Below are positions 9,221 through 19,356 of a stretch of 40,411 nt of DNA, one piece after another (positions within the stretch are counted from its first letter, which is position 1; each line of letters begins with the position of its first letter). Under the pieces are notes generated by a model. That model had not been told where the DNA came from, searched no databases, and saw nothing but the letters and a program-made list of their open reading frames with translations. This DNA is from a virus (Duplodnaviria > Caudoviricetes). The translations under genes were made by a program, and so were the position numbers. Location: positions 1-40,411 of IMG/VR virus record IMGVR_UViG_3300005805_000181; one strand, written 5' to 3'.

Positions 9221-9439
9221 ATGAAGGCAACAGACATACAAGAAGGTGGTGTGCACTACAAGGTGTGTAAAATCCAACCAGTAGAATTCATACATGCTAA
9301 TGACATTCCTTTCATCGAAGGGAACATCATTAAGTATGTAATGAGACACAGAAACAAGAATGGTGTAGAGGACCTGAAAAAGGCAAAACACTACATAGAC
9401 CTATTGATTCAATTGGAGTATAATAACAAAAACGATTAA
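9221..9439 (+). CDS. DUF3310 (SaV-like) protein
   Basis: HY...IQP.EFI...FIEGNIIKY..R...KNG.EDLKKA.HY. Confidence 0.85.
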   Translation: MKATDIQEGGVHYKVCKIQPVEFIHANDIPFIEGNIIKYVMRHRNKNGVEDLKKAKHYIDLLIQLEYNNKND

Positions 9440-9440
9440 C

Positions 9441-9764
9441 ATGAGAAATCTAATCTTTGCAATTTTACTGATTAGTGGCTGTTCTGTAGCAGACACTCAC
9501 AGAGAACATCATTTAACACATGTCTTTTCTGTAAAACATAACGTTATCTATTATGAGGATAAACCCTTTGCAGAGCTACAGGCTATGACATGGTCATTAG
9601 ATGGTGGAGAACTAGTTAGAGAAATGAACTTCAAGCTACTTGACAAAACTAAGGAACGTCAAGTGCTAGGTGATATGATTGACTTCCTATCAATCAGGCA
9701 TCCAGGGGATGAGATTGAGGTGGAGTTTTACGTAGAACCAGGTAGTGATGATTTTAAACTATAA
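9441..9764 (+). CDS. putative lipoprotein
   Basis: MRNLIFAILLISGC signal peptide with lipobox. Confidence 0.6.
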   Translation: MRNLIFAILLISGCSVADTHREHHLTHVFSVKHNVIYYEDKPFAELQAMTWSLDGGELVREMNFKLLDKTKERQVLGDMIDFLSIRHPGDEIEVEFYVEPGSDDFKL

Positions 9765-9765
9765 T

Positions 9766-10845
9766 ATGACTCTTAGAGACCAAAGACAAGCTGAATTTGC
9801 TGACAAATGGGTTAACGATGGTAAGTTTGGCATCCTTAATCTATGTCCCAGGTTTGGTAAAATACGCACTAGCATTAACATTCTGAAACACTATGCTCCA
9901 CATGCCACTGTTCTAATAGCCTATCCAGATAACAAGATTAGAGACTCTTGGATAGCAGAATTTGAAACAATGGGATATGACAATCCTAATATCACATACA
10001 CAACACACCTATCTCTAAAGAAGTATGTAGACAATGTGTTTGATCTAGTCATTATTGATGAGATACACTTATTGTCTGATAATCAATTGTTTGCAACAAA
10101 AGATCTGTTGAAGAATAATGAATCTGTATTAGGACTAACAGGCACACTATCTAGTTGGACAGAGAGAACACTTTGTGAACATCTAGACTTGTGTGTAGTG
10201 GCAGAATACACCATTGAGCAGGCTATAGAGGAAGGAGTTATTGTGGACTATGAAATCACTGTAATGCGAGTGCCTCTAGACAACTCCACTATTCTTGACT
10301 TTAAGGGTAAGAAAAGGACAGAAAAGAAGCAATTTGACAATTATGGGTGGGTGATAGACCAAATGGAAAAAGAAGGAAAGAACACCATGTTCTTACGTTT
10401 AGGTAGAATGAGAATTATTCAGAACAGCATTGCGAAACTAAATGCAACAAAGCGCATCCTTGAGACACATCCAGAGGACAGGATTCTTGTATTCTGTGGT
10501 GTCACTAAGATAGCTGACCAATTAGGCATTCCTTCCTACCACAGTAAGTCCACTGAGAAACAGATGTTTGAAGACTTTGCTTCAGGAAAAGGTAATCACA
10601 TGGCTGTAGTGAAGATAGGTAACACAGGTGTTACGTATAAACCACTTAATCGTGTGATTATCAACTATTTCGATAGTAATGCAGAAAACCTGGCTCAGAA
10701 GATAAACAGATGTATGGCCATGGAGTATAACAATCCTGATAAGAAAGCACAAATCTACATCATTAGTAGTGATGAAAGTGTTGAGCTAAAGTGGCTGAAA
10801 AAGGCCTTAGAATTCTTTGATAAAGACAAAATAAAGTATGTCTAA
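9766..10845 (+). CDS. superfamily 2 DNA helicase
   Basis: PRFGK motif I, IIDEIH motif II, GLTGT motif III, QKINR motif VI; ATG at 9766. Confidence 0.85.
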   Translation: MTLRDQRQAEFADKWVNDGKFGILNLCPRFGKIRTSINILKHYAPHATVLIAYPDNKIRDSWIAEFETMGYDNPNITYTTHLSLKKYVDNVFDLVIIDEIHLLSDNQLFATKDLLKNNESVLGLTGTLSSWTERTLCEHLDLCVVAEYTIEQAIEEGVIVDYEITVMRVPLDNSTILDFKGKKRTEKKQFDNYGWVIDQMEKEGKNTMFLRLGRMRIIQNSIAKLNATKRILETHPEDRILVFCGVTKIADQLGIPSYHSKSTEKQMFEDFASGKGNHMAVVKIGNTGVTYKPLNRVIINYFDSNAENLAQKINRCMAMEYNNPDKKAQIYIISSDESVELKWLKKALEFFDKDKIKYV

Positions 10846-10848
10846 TTC

Positions 10849-10880
10849 TTGGAAATTAGCTAGGTTTTTCGTATATTCGC
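10849..10880 (+). promoter_or_regulatory. Bacteroidota-type promoter
   Basis: TTGG-N19-TATATTCGC upstream of the ATPase gene. Confidence 0.55.
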
Positions 10881-10904
10881 AGACACTAAACTACATATTT
10901 AAAC

Positions 10905-11576
10905 ATGGCAAGCAAGTTAATTGGAATTGTTGGTGCAACAGGTACTGGCAAGTCTACAGCAATCAAACATTTGAACCCAGAAGAAACTTACATCATTAAT
11001 GTTGCAAGAAAAGAACTTCCGTTCAAGGGATCTGAAAAACTTTACAACGCTGACAAGCGTAACTACAAAGAAGTGGATGATGCAAACGAGATAACACGTT
11101 TGCTTAGAACCATTTCTGACAAAGCTCCTCACATCAAGAACATTGTTATTGAGGATAGCAATTACATTATGGGTTTTAACATCGTATCAAAGGCTACAGA
11201 GGTGGGTTACACCAAGTTCTCTATTATGGCTAAAGATATGGTGGAATTAATGAAAGAAGCACGCAAATTGCGTGATGATATCAAAGTGTTCTATCTCACA
11301 CATCCAGAAGCTATTGAGGATGGTGGTGACATTATTGGTTACAAAATCAAGACAGCTGGTAAACTGATTGATAATCAGGTACTTCTAGAAGGTTTGCTCA
11401 CCGTCTGTCTCTACACATATGTAGAAGAAAACAAAGATGGGTCTGCAAGCTATCATTTTGTTACAAACAGATTCAAGAAAATGCCTGCAAAAAGCCCAGA
11501 TGGTATGTTTGAAGACATCAAAATACCCAACGATTTGCAGTATGTTTGTGAAAAGTTAGACGAGTATTACAATTAA
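10905..11576 (+). CDS. P-loop ATPase (AAA_24/Sak4-like recombination ATPase)
   Basis: GATGTGKS, IVIED, AKSP.GMF, IPND. Confidence 0.8.
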   Translation: MASKLIGIVGATGTGKSTAIKHLNPEETYIINVARKELPFKGSEKLYNADKRNYKEVDDANEITRLLRTISDKAPHIKNIVIEDSNYIMGFNIVSKATEVGYTKFSIMAKDMVELMKEARKLRDDIKVFYLTHPEAIEDGGDIIGYKIKTAGKLIDNQVLLEGLLTVCLYTYVEENKDGSASYHFVTNRFKKMPAKSPDGMFEDIKIPNDLQYVCEKLDEYYN

Positions 11577-11586
11577 AACAATAAAA

Positions 11587-11769
11587 ATGAAGAAAACAAT
11601 CGCAGCAATCATGCTTGTAGCATTAGCTATTGCATGTGACATCGCACCATCAGAACAGAAGGCAGAAGATTCTACAATAATCTCTCCTGTTGTAGATACA
11701 CCAGTGATAGTCATTGACACACTGATTACACCAGAAGGAGACACACTATTTAGTCCTATTCAAAAGTAA
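11587..11769 (+). CDS. small putative lipoprotein
   Basis: MKKTIAAIMLVALAIAC lipobox; DST/VDT/IDT repeats. Confidence 0.6.
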   Translation: MKKTIAAIMLVALAIACDIAPSEQKAEDSTIISPVVDTPVIVIDTLITPEGDTLFSPIQK

Positions 11770-11793
11770 TAACAATTTAAAACACAGAAAACA

Positions 11794-12663
11794 ATGAGTA
11801 CAATTGGCGGTAAAAAACGTGAAATCACACAACAAACTGAGTACGTAAAAAAAGTGGGTTTGTTTGAGGCAAATGTAATTGCAATTAACCCGACAGCTGA
11901 GGAGTACAATGACATTCTTGGTATTCAGCTTCAAGATGGTAGCAAAGCTACAGAATATCTTGGAGAGAATGCTGACAAGAATAAAACACTCCGTGTAGAC
12001 TTCTGGTTAGAAGAAGTTAAAAGCAAAGACAAGTTCAAGCTTACATTCTTCCTTGAGGATAGGGTGAAGGAGAACAGAGATGCAACTAAGAAGCAATATA
12101 TCAACAACGTTGGTACATGTTCTTGGGCTGCTGATGCAAATGACCTACCTACATGGTTCACATCTCGTGATTATCGTGTAGCGTTTATTGGTGAGGAGGA
12201 ATTCTACAACTTTGTAAGAACTTGGTTAGGTGGTCTTGACTATCGTGATGCATCCACTACATTACAGCTTGACTGGAAGAGCCTGATGAAGGGTAACCTG
12301 AAGGATCTGAAAGCTCAACTTGGTGGTGAATATGCTACAACAGTGGTTGCACTTGCAACTGTTAAAACTGTTGAAAGAGAAGGAGAGACTAAAGAATACC
12401 AGGGTGTATATAACAAAGCGTTCTTGCCTTCTTACAATCTAAAGCAATTTAGACTGATTGACTATAACAGAGCAGACATTCTTAGCAGCTTAAAACAGAA
12501 GAAATCTAAAGATCTTAAGCCGCATGAGAGATTTGTTCTCAATGTTACAGGAGAATATGGATGTAAAGACTTCTATATCCTCAAGGACATGAAGGAATAT
12601 AATGCTAATGACAACCTCGTTGCTTCTGATAGCGTAATTTCTGAAGACGGTGCTGATTATTAA
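11794..12663 (+). CDS. putative single-stranded DNA-binding protein
   Basis: Located between ATPase and primase; beta-rich, acidic C-terminus ending DGADY. Confidence 0.5.
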   Translation: MSTIGGKKREITQQTEYVKKVGLFEANVIAINPTAEEYNDILGIQLQDGSKATEYLGENADKNKTLRVDFWLEEVKSKDKFKLTFFLEDRVKENRDATKKQYINNVGTCSWAADANDLPTWFTSRDYRVAFIGEEEFYNFVRTWLGGLDYRDASTTLQLDWKSLMKGNLKDLKAQLGGEYATTVVALATVKTVEREGETKEYQGVYNKAFLPSYNLKQFRLIDYNRADILSSLKQKKSKDLKPHERFVLNVTGEYGCKDFYILKDMKEYNANDNLVASDSVISEDGADY

Positions 12664-12680
12664 TCTTTCTGATTAGTGAG

Positions 12681-12719
12681 AAAACCCCTGTCAGAAATGA
12701 TGGGGGTTTTTTATATTTG
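12681..12719 (+). terminator. intrinsic terminator immediately followed by a TATATTTG promoter element (12712-12719)
   Basis: aaaacccctgtca-gaaa-tgatgggggtttt hairpin with GNRA loop. Confidence 0.75.
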
Positions 12720-12724
12720 TGATT

Positions 12725-13723
12725 ATGATAAAGGGTAAAAGAAGAGTTGCACTCACTCCAGATGCAATACTTGAGAAGATTAGTGAATATGATATATTCA
12801 GAATGTACATGCCTAACAAAGCATGGAAGCTAAACCAAGCTACACTTTCTCCTTTTAGGAAGGAAAACAACCCATCTTTTGTTATTGGTAATCGTAAGGG
12901 ATATATATCATTCATTGATTTTGCAGATACTAACTTACGTGGTGATTGTTTCACCTTTGTAAAGCTCCTATTTGGGCTTGCAAAATTGGATGATGTTCTT
13001 AGAATGATAGACAAGGATTTCGGACTAGGTCTTGCAAGTGAACCAACTGGTGCCTATAAACAGATTGTGGCAGAATATAAACAACCTTTAGTCACAAAAC
13101 GCAATTCACTAATTCAAGTGGTTACTAGAAAGTTCACAAATGCTGAGCTCGAGTATTGGAATTCCTATTATCAAAGCAGAGATGACCTTAGAGAAAACAA
13201 TGTTTATGCTATCAAAAAGGTGTTCCTGAACAAACAACTGTTCTATATGAAGGAAACAGAGATGGTGTTTGGGTATCTGTATGATGGTCATTGGAAGATC
13301 TATCGTCCGTTTGGAGATAAGAAAAGCAAATGGGTGCCCAATAATGTACCTATTACAACAATGGATGGCAGAGATGATATTGTCAACTGTAAGGTGGCAT
13401 TCATCAACAAGAGCAAGAAGGATTATATGGTGATGAAGAAGGTGTTTCCATGTTGTTGTGCTGTACAGAATGAGGGTATTGGTTGTTTCTCTCCAGAGAA
13501 CGTAGAATATCTAAAAGCCAACTCTGATAGGCAGATTCTTTCATTTGACAGTGATGTGATTGGGGTGCAAAATAGCCAACAAATCACTAAACTGTTCGAT
13601 TTTGAATATGCTAACGTTCCACGTAAGTATTTGCCTGAAGGAATAAAAGACTGGGCTGACTTAGCAAAAGCACATGGGCTTAAAACCATTGAAGACTATT
13701 TAAAACAAAAAAACCTACTTTAA
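12725..13723 (+). CDS. DnaG-like DNA primase
   Basis: SPFRKENNPSF (degenerate Zn-binding domain), TOPRIM FDSD..G, KDWAD. Confidence 0.8.
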   Translation: MIKGKRRVALTPDAILEKISEYDIFRMYMPNKAWKLNQATLSPFRKENNPSFVIGNRKGYISFIDFADTNLRGDCFTFVKLLFGLAKLDDVLRMIDKDFGLGLASEPTGAYKQIVAEYKQPLVTKRNSLIQVVTRKFTNAELEYWNSYYQSRDDLRENNVYAIKKVFLNKQLFYMKETEMVFGYLYDGHWKIYRPFGDKKSKWVPNNVPITTMDGRDDIVNCKVAFINKSKKDYMVMKKVFPCCCAVQNEGIGCFSPENVEYLKANSDRQILSFDSDVIGVQNSQQITKLFDFEYANVPRKYLPEGIKDWADLAKAHGLKTIEDYLKQKNLL

Positions 13724-13724
13724 C

Positions 13725-14480
13725 ATGTATTCAACTACTAAAGAGCTGTTGTTGACAACTGATGTTCCTCAACAGACAAACACCTACAAACCAATTTCAC
13801 ACGGTCAGCTGATTGACCTTACACTTAACTCTATTGTTGGTGCAGGATTTAGCCTGGACCAGGAAACATATTCTTCTACAACAGACGGACAGGTGGCTAA
13901 TGGTAAGTTTACCATCAGCAATGTAGCAGATAAAGAGATGCAGCTACAGATTGGCTGGCAGAATAGCTACAATAAGACACTGAGTCTGAAGTTTGCTATT
14001 GGCGCACGTATATTCATTTGTTCTAATGGTTGTGTTCGTGGTGATATGGGTTCCTTCAGAAAGAAGCATGTGGGTACGGTTCAGGAGTTTACACCTACAG
14101 CCATCACAGACTATATCAAACAAGCTGGTGATGTGTTTCATAAGATGCAAACTGAGCGTGAATCAATGAAACAGAAAGAAATCACCATGCGCACAAAAGC
14201 TGAGCTAATTGGCAGAATGATGATTGAAGAGCAGTTTATTGCCTCTACACAACTTAACATCATTGCTAAGGAGCTTCAGTCTCCTACACATGATTATGGT
14301 GCTCCAGACAGCTTGTGGGAACTCTATCAGTTCACTACGTTTGCTATGAAGGAGGTACATCCTCTTAATTGGATGAGCAACCACATCAAAGCGCACAACT
14401 TCTTTTCTTCACAACTGCAAACAACAGAACCAACCTTCGATACACCAGAAGGATTTCTTCAACTTGCAATGACATTTTAA
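13725..14480 (+). CDS. DUF932-like protein
   Basis: YKPISH, NSYNKT, FICSNG, KKH, SLWELYQ..T. Confidence 0.7.
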   Translation: MYSTTKELLLTTDVPQQTNTYKPISHGQLIDLTLNSIVGAGFSLDQETYSSTTDGQVANGKFTISNVADKEMQLQIGWQNSYNKTLSLKFAIGARIFICSNGCVRGDMGSFRKKHVGTVQEFTPTAITDYIKQAGDVFHKMQTERESMKQKEITMRTKAELIGRMMIEEQFIASTQLNIIAKELQSPTHDYGAPDSLWELYQFTTFAMKEVHPLNWMSNHIKAHNFFSSQLQTTEPTFDTPEGFLQLAMTF

Positions 14481-14481
14481 T

Positions 14482-15198
14482 ATGAATTGGGACAATTTCA
14501 AGGATCAGTTCCACGAGAGCTGGCATGCTAAGATGAGACCTTTCATCGAAAGCAAAGAGTGTGATGAGATATATGCATTCTTGAAAAAGGAATCAAAGAG
14601 GGGCAAGAAAATTGCTCCTCTTTCTTCTTCTACCTATAGATGTTTCAAAGAAACACCTTTGGATGATCTGAAGGTGGTAATGATGGGTATGTGTCCATAT
14701 CACACATTTGTTAGTGGTTCTCCTGTAGCAGACGGTTTGCTTATGGGATGTTCTATAACAGGAAAGCTACAGCCTTCATTAGATAAGTTTTATGAAGGTG
14801 TGGAGCGTGATGTATATGATGGGCTCAATCTCAAATATGATAAGATACCAGACGTGTCCTATTTAGCCAAACAGGGTGTGCTGATGTATAACGCAGCGCT
14901 CACTACAGAAGCTAATAAGGCAGGATCTCACATTGATGTGTGGGAACCATTCACCAAGTATGTTCTAGAGGAAATAGTTGGTGTAGCTGGTGTGCCTATT
15001 ATATTCCTAGGTAAGGATGCATCTAAATTCAAACGCTATTTACCACCGTTCATTTGGTCATTCACTGTCAGCCATCCAGCCAGTGCTTCTTATAAGCAAA
15101 CTGATTGGAACACAGAGGGTGTATTCACCAAGGTGAACAAGGTAGTTAAAGACAACAACAATTACGAAATCATGTGGCTCTATGATGTGCCATTTTAA
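14482..15198 (+). CDS. ung: family-1-like uracil-DNA glycosylase with atypical active site
   Basis: KVV..GMCPYH (canonical GQDPYH), PSL, QGVLMYN..LT, GSH..W, HPASA. Confidence 0.8.
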   Translation: MNWDNFKDQFHESWHAKMRPFIESKECDEIYAFLKKESKRGKKIAPLSSSTYRCFKETPLDDLKVVMMGMCPYHTFVSGSPVADGLLMGCSITGKLQPSLDKFYEGVERDVYDGLNLKYDKIPDVSYLAKQGVLMYNAALTTEANKAGSHIDVWEPFTKYVLEEIVGVAGVPIIFLGKDASKFKRYLPPFIWSFTVSHPASASYKQTDWNTEGVFTKVNKVVKDNNNYEIMWLYDVPF

Positions 15199-15209
15199 AA
15201 TCAAAAGGT

Positions 15210-15527
15210 ATGCAGTTTAAATATGTAGACAATCTCAAACAGGGAGACACTATTATAGTGTCAAACGGTAACTACCTAGACTTAGGGTTCTTTGTTGGAT
15301 ATGGAAGGAACACTGTACAGTATTACACACCAAGAAGTATTGCATACAGAGAAGAATTAATAAAAAAGGAGGGAGGACAACTTAGACCCTACAAGAGCTA
15401 TGTACAAATGACCAGCAAGTTCAGGGTGGCAAAAATTAATGATCCCATATTCTCTGACCAAGAGGATGGTATAGAGTATGAAAAAGCTAAACAAATCCTT
15501 ATTGGAGAAGGTATAATCAAAAACTAG
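15210..15527 (+). CDS. hypothetical protein
   Basis: 105-aa ORF in operon. Confidence 0.7.
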   Translation: MQFKYVDNLKQGDTIIVSNGNYLDLGFFVGYGRNTVQYYTPRSIAYREELIKKEGGQLRPYKSYVQMTSKFRVAKINDPIFSDQEDGIEYEKAKQILIGEGIIKN

Positions 15528-15532
15528 AAATC

Positions 15533-17845
15533 ATGATACTAGAAAAACAAAAAGAATCGGTTGTCTTACAGGATGGTGAACAAACCCAGGAATCTATAGG
15601 TATGTCTCTTGACCTAGATTCAGCACAGGTGCTTATGCAAATGCTGAGCAAAAACCTGTATTCAGATGCTATTGGTTCCACTATCCGTGAGTGTGCTTCT
15701 AATGCACTTGATAGTCACAGAAGGGCTGGTGTTAAAGACCCTATTGTAGTTTCATTTAAAACCACATCCTCTGACACCTATGAGTTCTCTGTAGAGGACT
15801 TTGGTATTGGTTTAGATGCTGATGACGTAAAGAATATCATCAGTAAGTATGGTAAGTCAACAAAACGTAACTCAGCTAATGAGCTGGGTATGATGGGTTT
15901 GGGCTTCAAAGCCCCACTTGCCTACACATCAACATTCTATTTCGTAACTAGAAAGAATGGTGTAGAGCGAAAGTATATGATGTACGAAGGAGAGGATGTT
16001 AATACCATCGATCTTTTGTATGAGAAACCCACAACAGAACGTAACGGTGTAAAAGTGATTGTACCTGTTAAGTATTACGATAGGAACAACTTTATCGGCA
16101 AGATTAAGGAACAGCTTGCTTATTTTGAGGATGTGTATTTCAATGTGGAAGGTATTAACAATGACTTCTTCATTATGAAAACAGAGCACTTCCAGTTCTC
16201 TGAGCTAGCCACTAGTAGTGTTTTACACATGTGTTTGGATAATGTAAACTATCCACTAGACTTCCAGAAGCTAGAGATTAACAGGATACACATACCAATT
16301 GCTCTTAGATTTGGTTTGTCTGACGGTATATTCCCCACCCCAAACAGAGAGGCCATTCGCTATACACAGGAAGCAAAAGAAGCTATCAAGAAGAAAATCA
16401 CAGATGTTGCTAACTATTTTGTTGATAAGTATAACGAATCAATGACAGAAACAGATGATGCGATGGCTGTGTTAAACTTCTATGGTAATGATGACAGGTC
16501 TGTGCATTTTGGCACTCAATCATGGGATATTAGCTGTTTTAAGATCTATGCAACCAAAGCGTTCAAAACACCTAAACTGAAGGGTGTAGAAAACCTAGAC
16601 TTTGAGAGATTATGGAAACATAAAGACAATCTATTTGGTGAGTATAAGCGCAAATATCACATGAATAATGGTAGAATGTATTCTGAAGATACTAGATATA
16701 ATGACTTAAACTGGTGGCAGGTTAAAGATGCCAAGAAACAAGTGTATGTCTATTCAGAAACCATTAGCGGTCTTAAGAAGGACTATCTAAGACACATTCA
16801 TAAGAGTCCTCAGAGTGTGTACATTGTAAAGAAAGAAGAGTGCTTTAGACTGGGTAAGGTGAAGTATGCTGGAAATGGTAATTTCCTTAACTACATCAAC
16901 CTTTTACAGCTCCACAAGAAACCCAAGGTGGATTGGAGACCTCTTATTATAGAGTTTCAGAAGGTGTTAGCCAGTGTTACAAGCAAATTTATCAACTTGG
17001 ATGAACTTGAGGTGCCTCAATCCTTTATAGATGAGAGAAAGAGGAGCAAGTCTGCTGCAGTTAAGAAGGCTATTGTTACAAAAGGTAGGCGTGTAAAGCT
17101 TGCAGGAGAGGTGGTAGGTAAGGAATTGGTAGCACTAGAGAGATTTGTTTCTGGCAAGAACTCAAAACTTGTCCCAATAACAATCAACCTAGCAACTGCT
17201 CACAAGGAACCAAAGCTCACTATTTATGGTGATGTGTCCCATTCAGAACTTATGGACACCTGGTTTCCTGTATTTCCCTCAAGAGTGAGGTTTGTTGTAT
17301 TCTCTTCAAGAGAGCTAAAAACACTAAAGGATGTAAAAATTAGAAACTGGATTAGTATGGACGAATTCACTAAAGGAGAGCACATTGTGTTCAGAAGAGC
17401 TGCTACAGCTTATCTGATAAGTTTGTTGATAAAGAACAACGAATACACATTCATACACACCGATGGTATATCCAAAATCTCAAAAACACTATCTGAAAAG
17501 ATTGTTGAATTGAAGAAGTATAAGAATAATTACCATCTTTCAGGTGATAAAGACTTGTATACAGCTATTATAGAGGTGGCTCAAAAGAAGAATCTGTTTG
17601 ATATGTCCATCTATCACACCTATCTACAAATCAAAGACTTCCTTGATAATAACAGGTATGTAGAAAAGATGCTCTATCACAGCTCTAGTAGATACACTCT
17701 TCCTGAGGATGTTGTAGACATGCTCTGTGATTTGATGAAGTACCACAAACAGAGGGTTGATTGGAAGAATTACAACATCAAACTAAACGAAGAAACACTT
17801 GAGGTTCCTACAGATGAAGCTGTTCAGGACCTCGTAACACTTTAA
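15533..17845 (+). CDS. rIIA: RIIA-like protein with N-terminal GHKL (Hsp90-type) ATPase
   Basis: LYSD...IRE..SNALD, D.G.G, STKR.S...G.MGLGFK, PNREAI.Y. Confidence 0.85.
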   Translation: MILEKQKESVVLQDGEQTQESIGMSLDLDSAQVLMQMLSKNLYSDAIGSTIRECASNALDSHRRAGVKDPIVVSFKTTSSDTYEFSVEDFGIGLDADDVKNIISKYGKSTKRNSANELGMMGLGFKAPLAYTSTFYFVTRKNGVERKYMMYEGEDVNTIDLLYEKPTTERNGVKVIVPVKYYDRNNFIGKIKEQLAYFEDVYFNVEGINNDFFIMKTEHFQFSELATSSVLHMCLDNVNYPLDFQKLEINRIHIPIALRFGLSDGIFPTPNREAIRYTQEAKEAIKKKITDVANYFVDKYNESMTETDDAMAVLNFYGNDDRSVHFGTQSWDISCFKIYATKAFKTPKLKGVENLDFERLWKHKDNLFGEYKRKYHMNNGRMYSEDTRYNDLNWWQVKDAKKQVYVYSETISGLKKDYLRHIHKSPQSVYIVKKEECFRLGKVKYAGNGNFLNYINLLQLHKKPKVDWRPLIIEFQKVLASVTSKFINLDELEVPQSFIDERKRSKSAAVKKAIVTKGRRVKLAGEVVGKELVALERFVSGKNSKLVPITINLATAHKEPKLTIYGDVSHSELMDTWFPVFPSRVRFVVFSSRELKTLKDVKIRNWISMDEFTKGEHIVFRRAATAYLISLLIKNNEYTFIHTDGISKISKTLSEKIVELKKYKNNYHLSGDKDLYTAIIEVAQKKNLFDMSIYHTYLQIKDFLDNNRYVEKMLYHSSSRYTLPEDVVDMLCDLMKYHKQRVDWKNYNIKLNEETLEVPTDEAVQDLVTL

Positions 17846-17861
17846 TTTTAAAAACAAATCT

Positions 17862-19292
17862 ATGAGCATTTTTAGCTTAAACTGGTTTAAATCTAGAAAA
17901 CAAAAAGAACTCGAAGCTCTCATGGTAGAAGAGCAAATCCTCAAGAATGACATACTCCGCAAGGAGAAAGATCTCTATCCTGAGGAGGTAAAAAATCCAT
18001 TTGCATCCCTTAAAATGGTAAATGATGTCCTCACTGTTGTACTGTTAGACGGATCAATTTTGAGTAAGTCTGGTGCTACAAAGGACGATTTTAGTAGGGC
18101 TCGCTCTGCTAGAACAGAAGCTGAGCTCATTAACATATGTTCAGACAGAGCTGTTAGGGAAGAAAGAGAGAAGCAAGATAGAGAAATAGCTAGAATTAAG
18201 GCAATACAGGACAGTATTAAGAACCTTGGAAAGCTCAGTGACTTCCTTGTAGAAGGTAACACTGTCTATATGAAGGGAACTGGTAGGTCTATGCCACAGC
18301 TTCTAGTTGAGAAGTTTGCAGAAATCTTAAATAAGTACAAGAATGCTCCTGTAGACACACTTGACTATTGTGTAGAAAACGATGAGGAATATCAGTCCCA
18401 CAAGAGGTTCTTTATGTGGTGCTGCCTCAATCCTAGAGCAGAGGTGGCAGATAAGCTGTATAACTTCTTGAAAAAGAACAGCTTCCGCATCACCAAACAA
18501 GGTTTCTTTACAGCGCTCAGGAATGTGGTTACACTTCATGGATCTCCAGAGCTTGTACACTTTGTAAGTAATACATACAACAAGGTGAAAGCTGTATGGA
18601 AGAAAGACCCAGAAGACTATTATGTATTCCTGAAAGACAATGTTTATTCCTTTGTTCATCATTCAGACATGTATGAAGAAATAGAAGACTATGATGATGA
18701 AACTGGAGAGTCTTTTACAGACACTATTTATAGGTATGATTTGGGTGAAGAGATAGGCAACCTCAAAGAACTCTATCTTGATTTGCCTAATAGGAACGAG
18801 AATAGGTTTACAGATGCTCACACAAAGACATTTGACATTCGTGTTGGTAGACCTGTAAGTATGGATCCAGGAGCCTGTAGATGGAATACAGATGATTGTG
18901 GTGCAGAAGGTTTGCATTTCACAGCTAATGAGATTCATTATGTAGGCTGTGGTGACCAGTCTGTACTGGTGCTCATCAATCCTATGAAGGTGGTGGGTAT
19001 TGGTGAATCCAAGGGCAGATGCTGGGAATATCTCCCCATCATGACTGTATCTCGTGAGGAAGCTACACAGATTTTACACGATGTAAGCTTTGACACTTTA
19101 CAGCTGGATGAGGATTACGCAATTCGCGAATTGGAAAACTTGTCTGAGAAAGCTAAAGACGGGTTCTCTAAGGAAATGAAGAAGCATAGCTTTGACATTC
19201 CACACATGACCTCTATGCACATAGACATCACTGTTGCATCTCTTGAGAAGATGAGACAAACACTGTCTAAGCGTGTAAGTTCAATTGATTAA
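17862..19292 (+). CDS. rIIB: RIIB-like protein
   Basis: LNP...LYNFL....IT.QG, D.HT.TF, C..GLH, INP..VV, KGRCWEY; follows rIIA. Confidence 0.8.
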   Translation: MSIFSLNWFKSRKQKELEALMVEEQILKNDILRKEKDLYPEEVKNPFASLKMVNDVLTVVLLDGSILSKSGATKDDFSRARSARTEAELINICSDRAVREEREKQDREIARIKAIQDSIKNLGKLSDFLVEGNTVYMKGTGRSMPQLLVEKFAEILNKYKNAPVDTLDYCVENDEEYQSHKRFFMWCCLNPRAEVADKLYNFLKKNSFRITKQGFFTALRNVVTLHGSPELVHFVSNTYNKVKAVWKKDPEDYYVFLKDNVYSFVHHSDMYEEIEDYDDETGESFTDTIYRYDLGEEIGNLKELYLDLPNRNENRFTDAHTKTFDIRVGRPVSMDPGACRWNTDDCGAEGLHFTANEIHYVGCGDQSVLVLINPMKVVGIGESKGRCWEYLPIMTVSREEATQILHDVSFDTLQLDEDYAIRELENLSEKAKDGFSKEMKKHSFDIPHMTSMHIDITVASLEKMRQTLSKRVSSID

Positions 19293-19297
19293 ATAAC

Positions 19298-19342
19298 TTG
19301 GGGCTGTCACATTTATTTGTATATTTGTGACAGTCCCTTTTT
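19298..19342 (+). promoter_or_regulatory. terminator-like hairpin containing a promoter (TATATTTG 19320-19327)
   Basis: ggggctgtcaca/tgtgacagtccc stem followed by T run; TTGG at 19298. Confidence 0.65.
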
Positions 19343-19356
19343 ATAAATCATTGATT

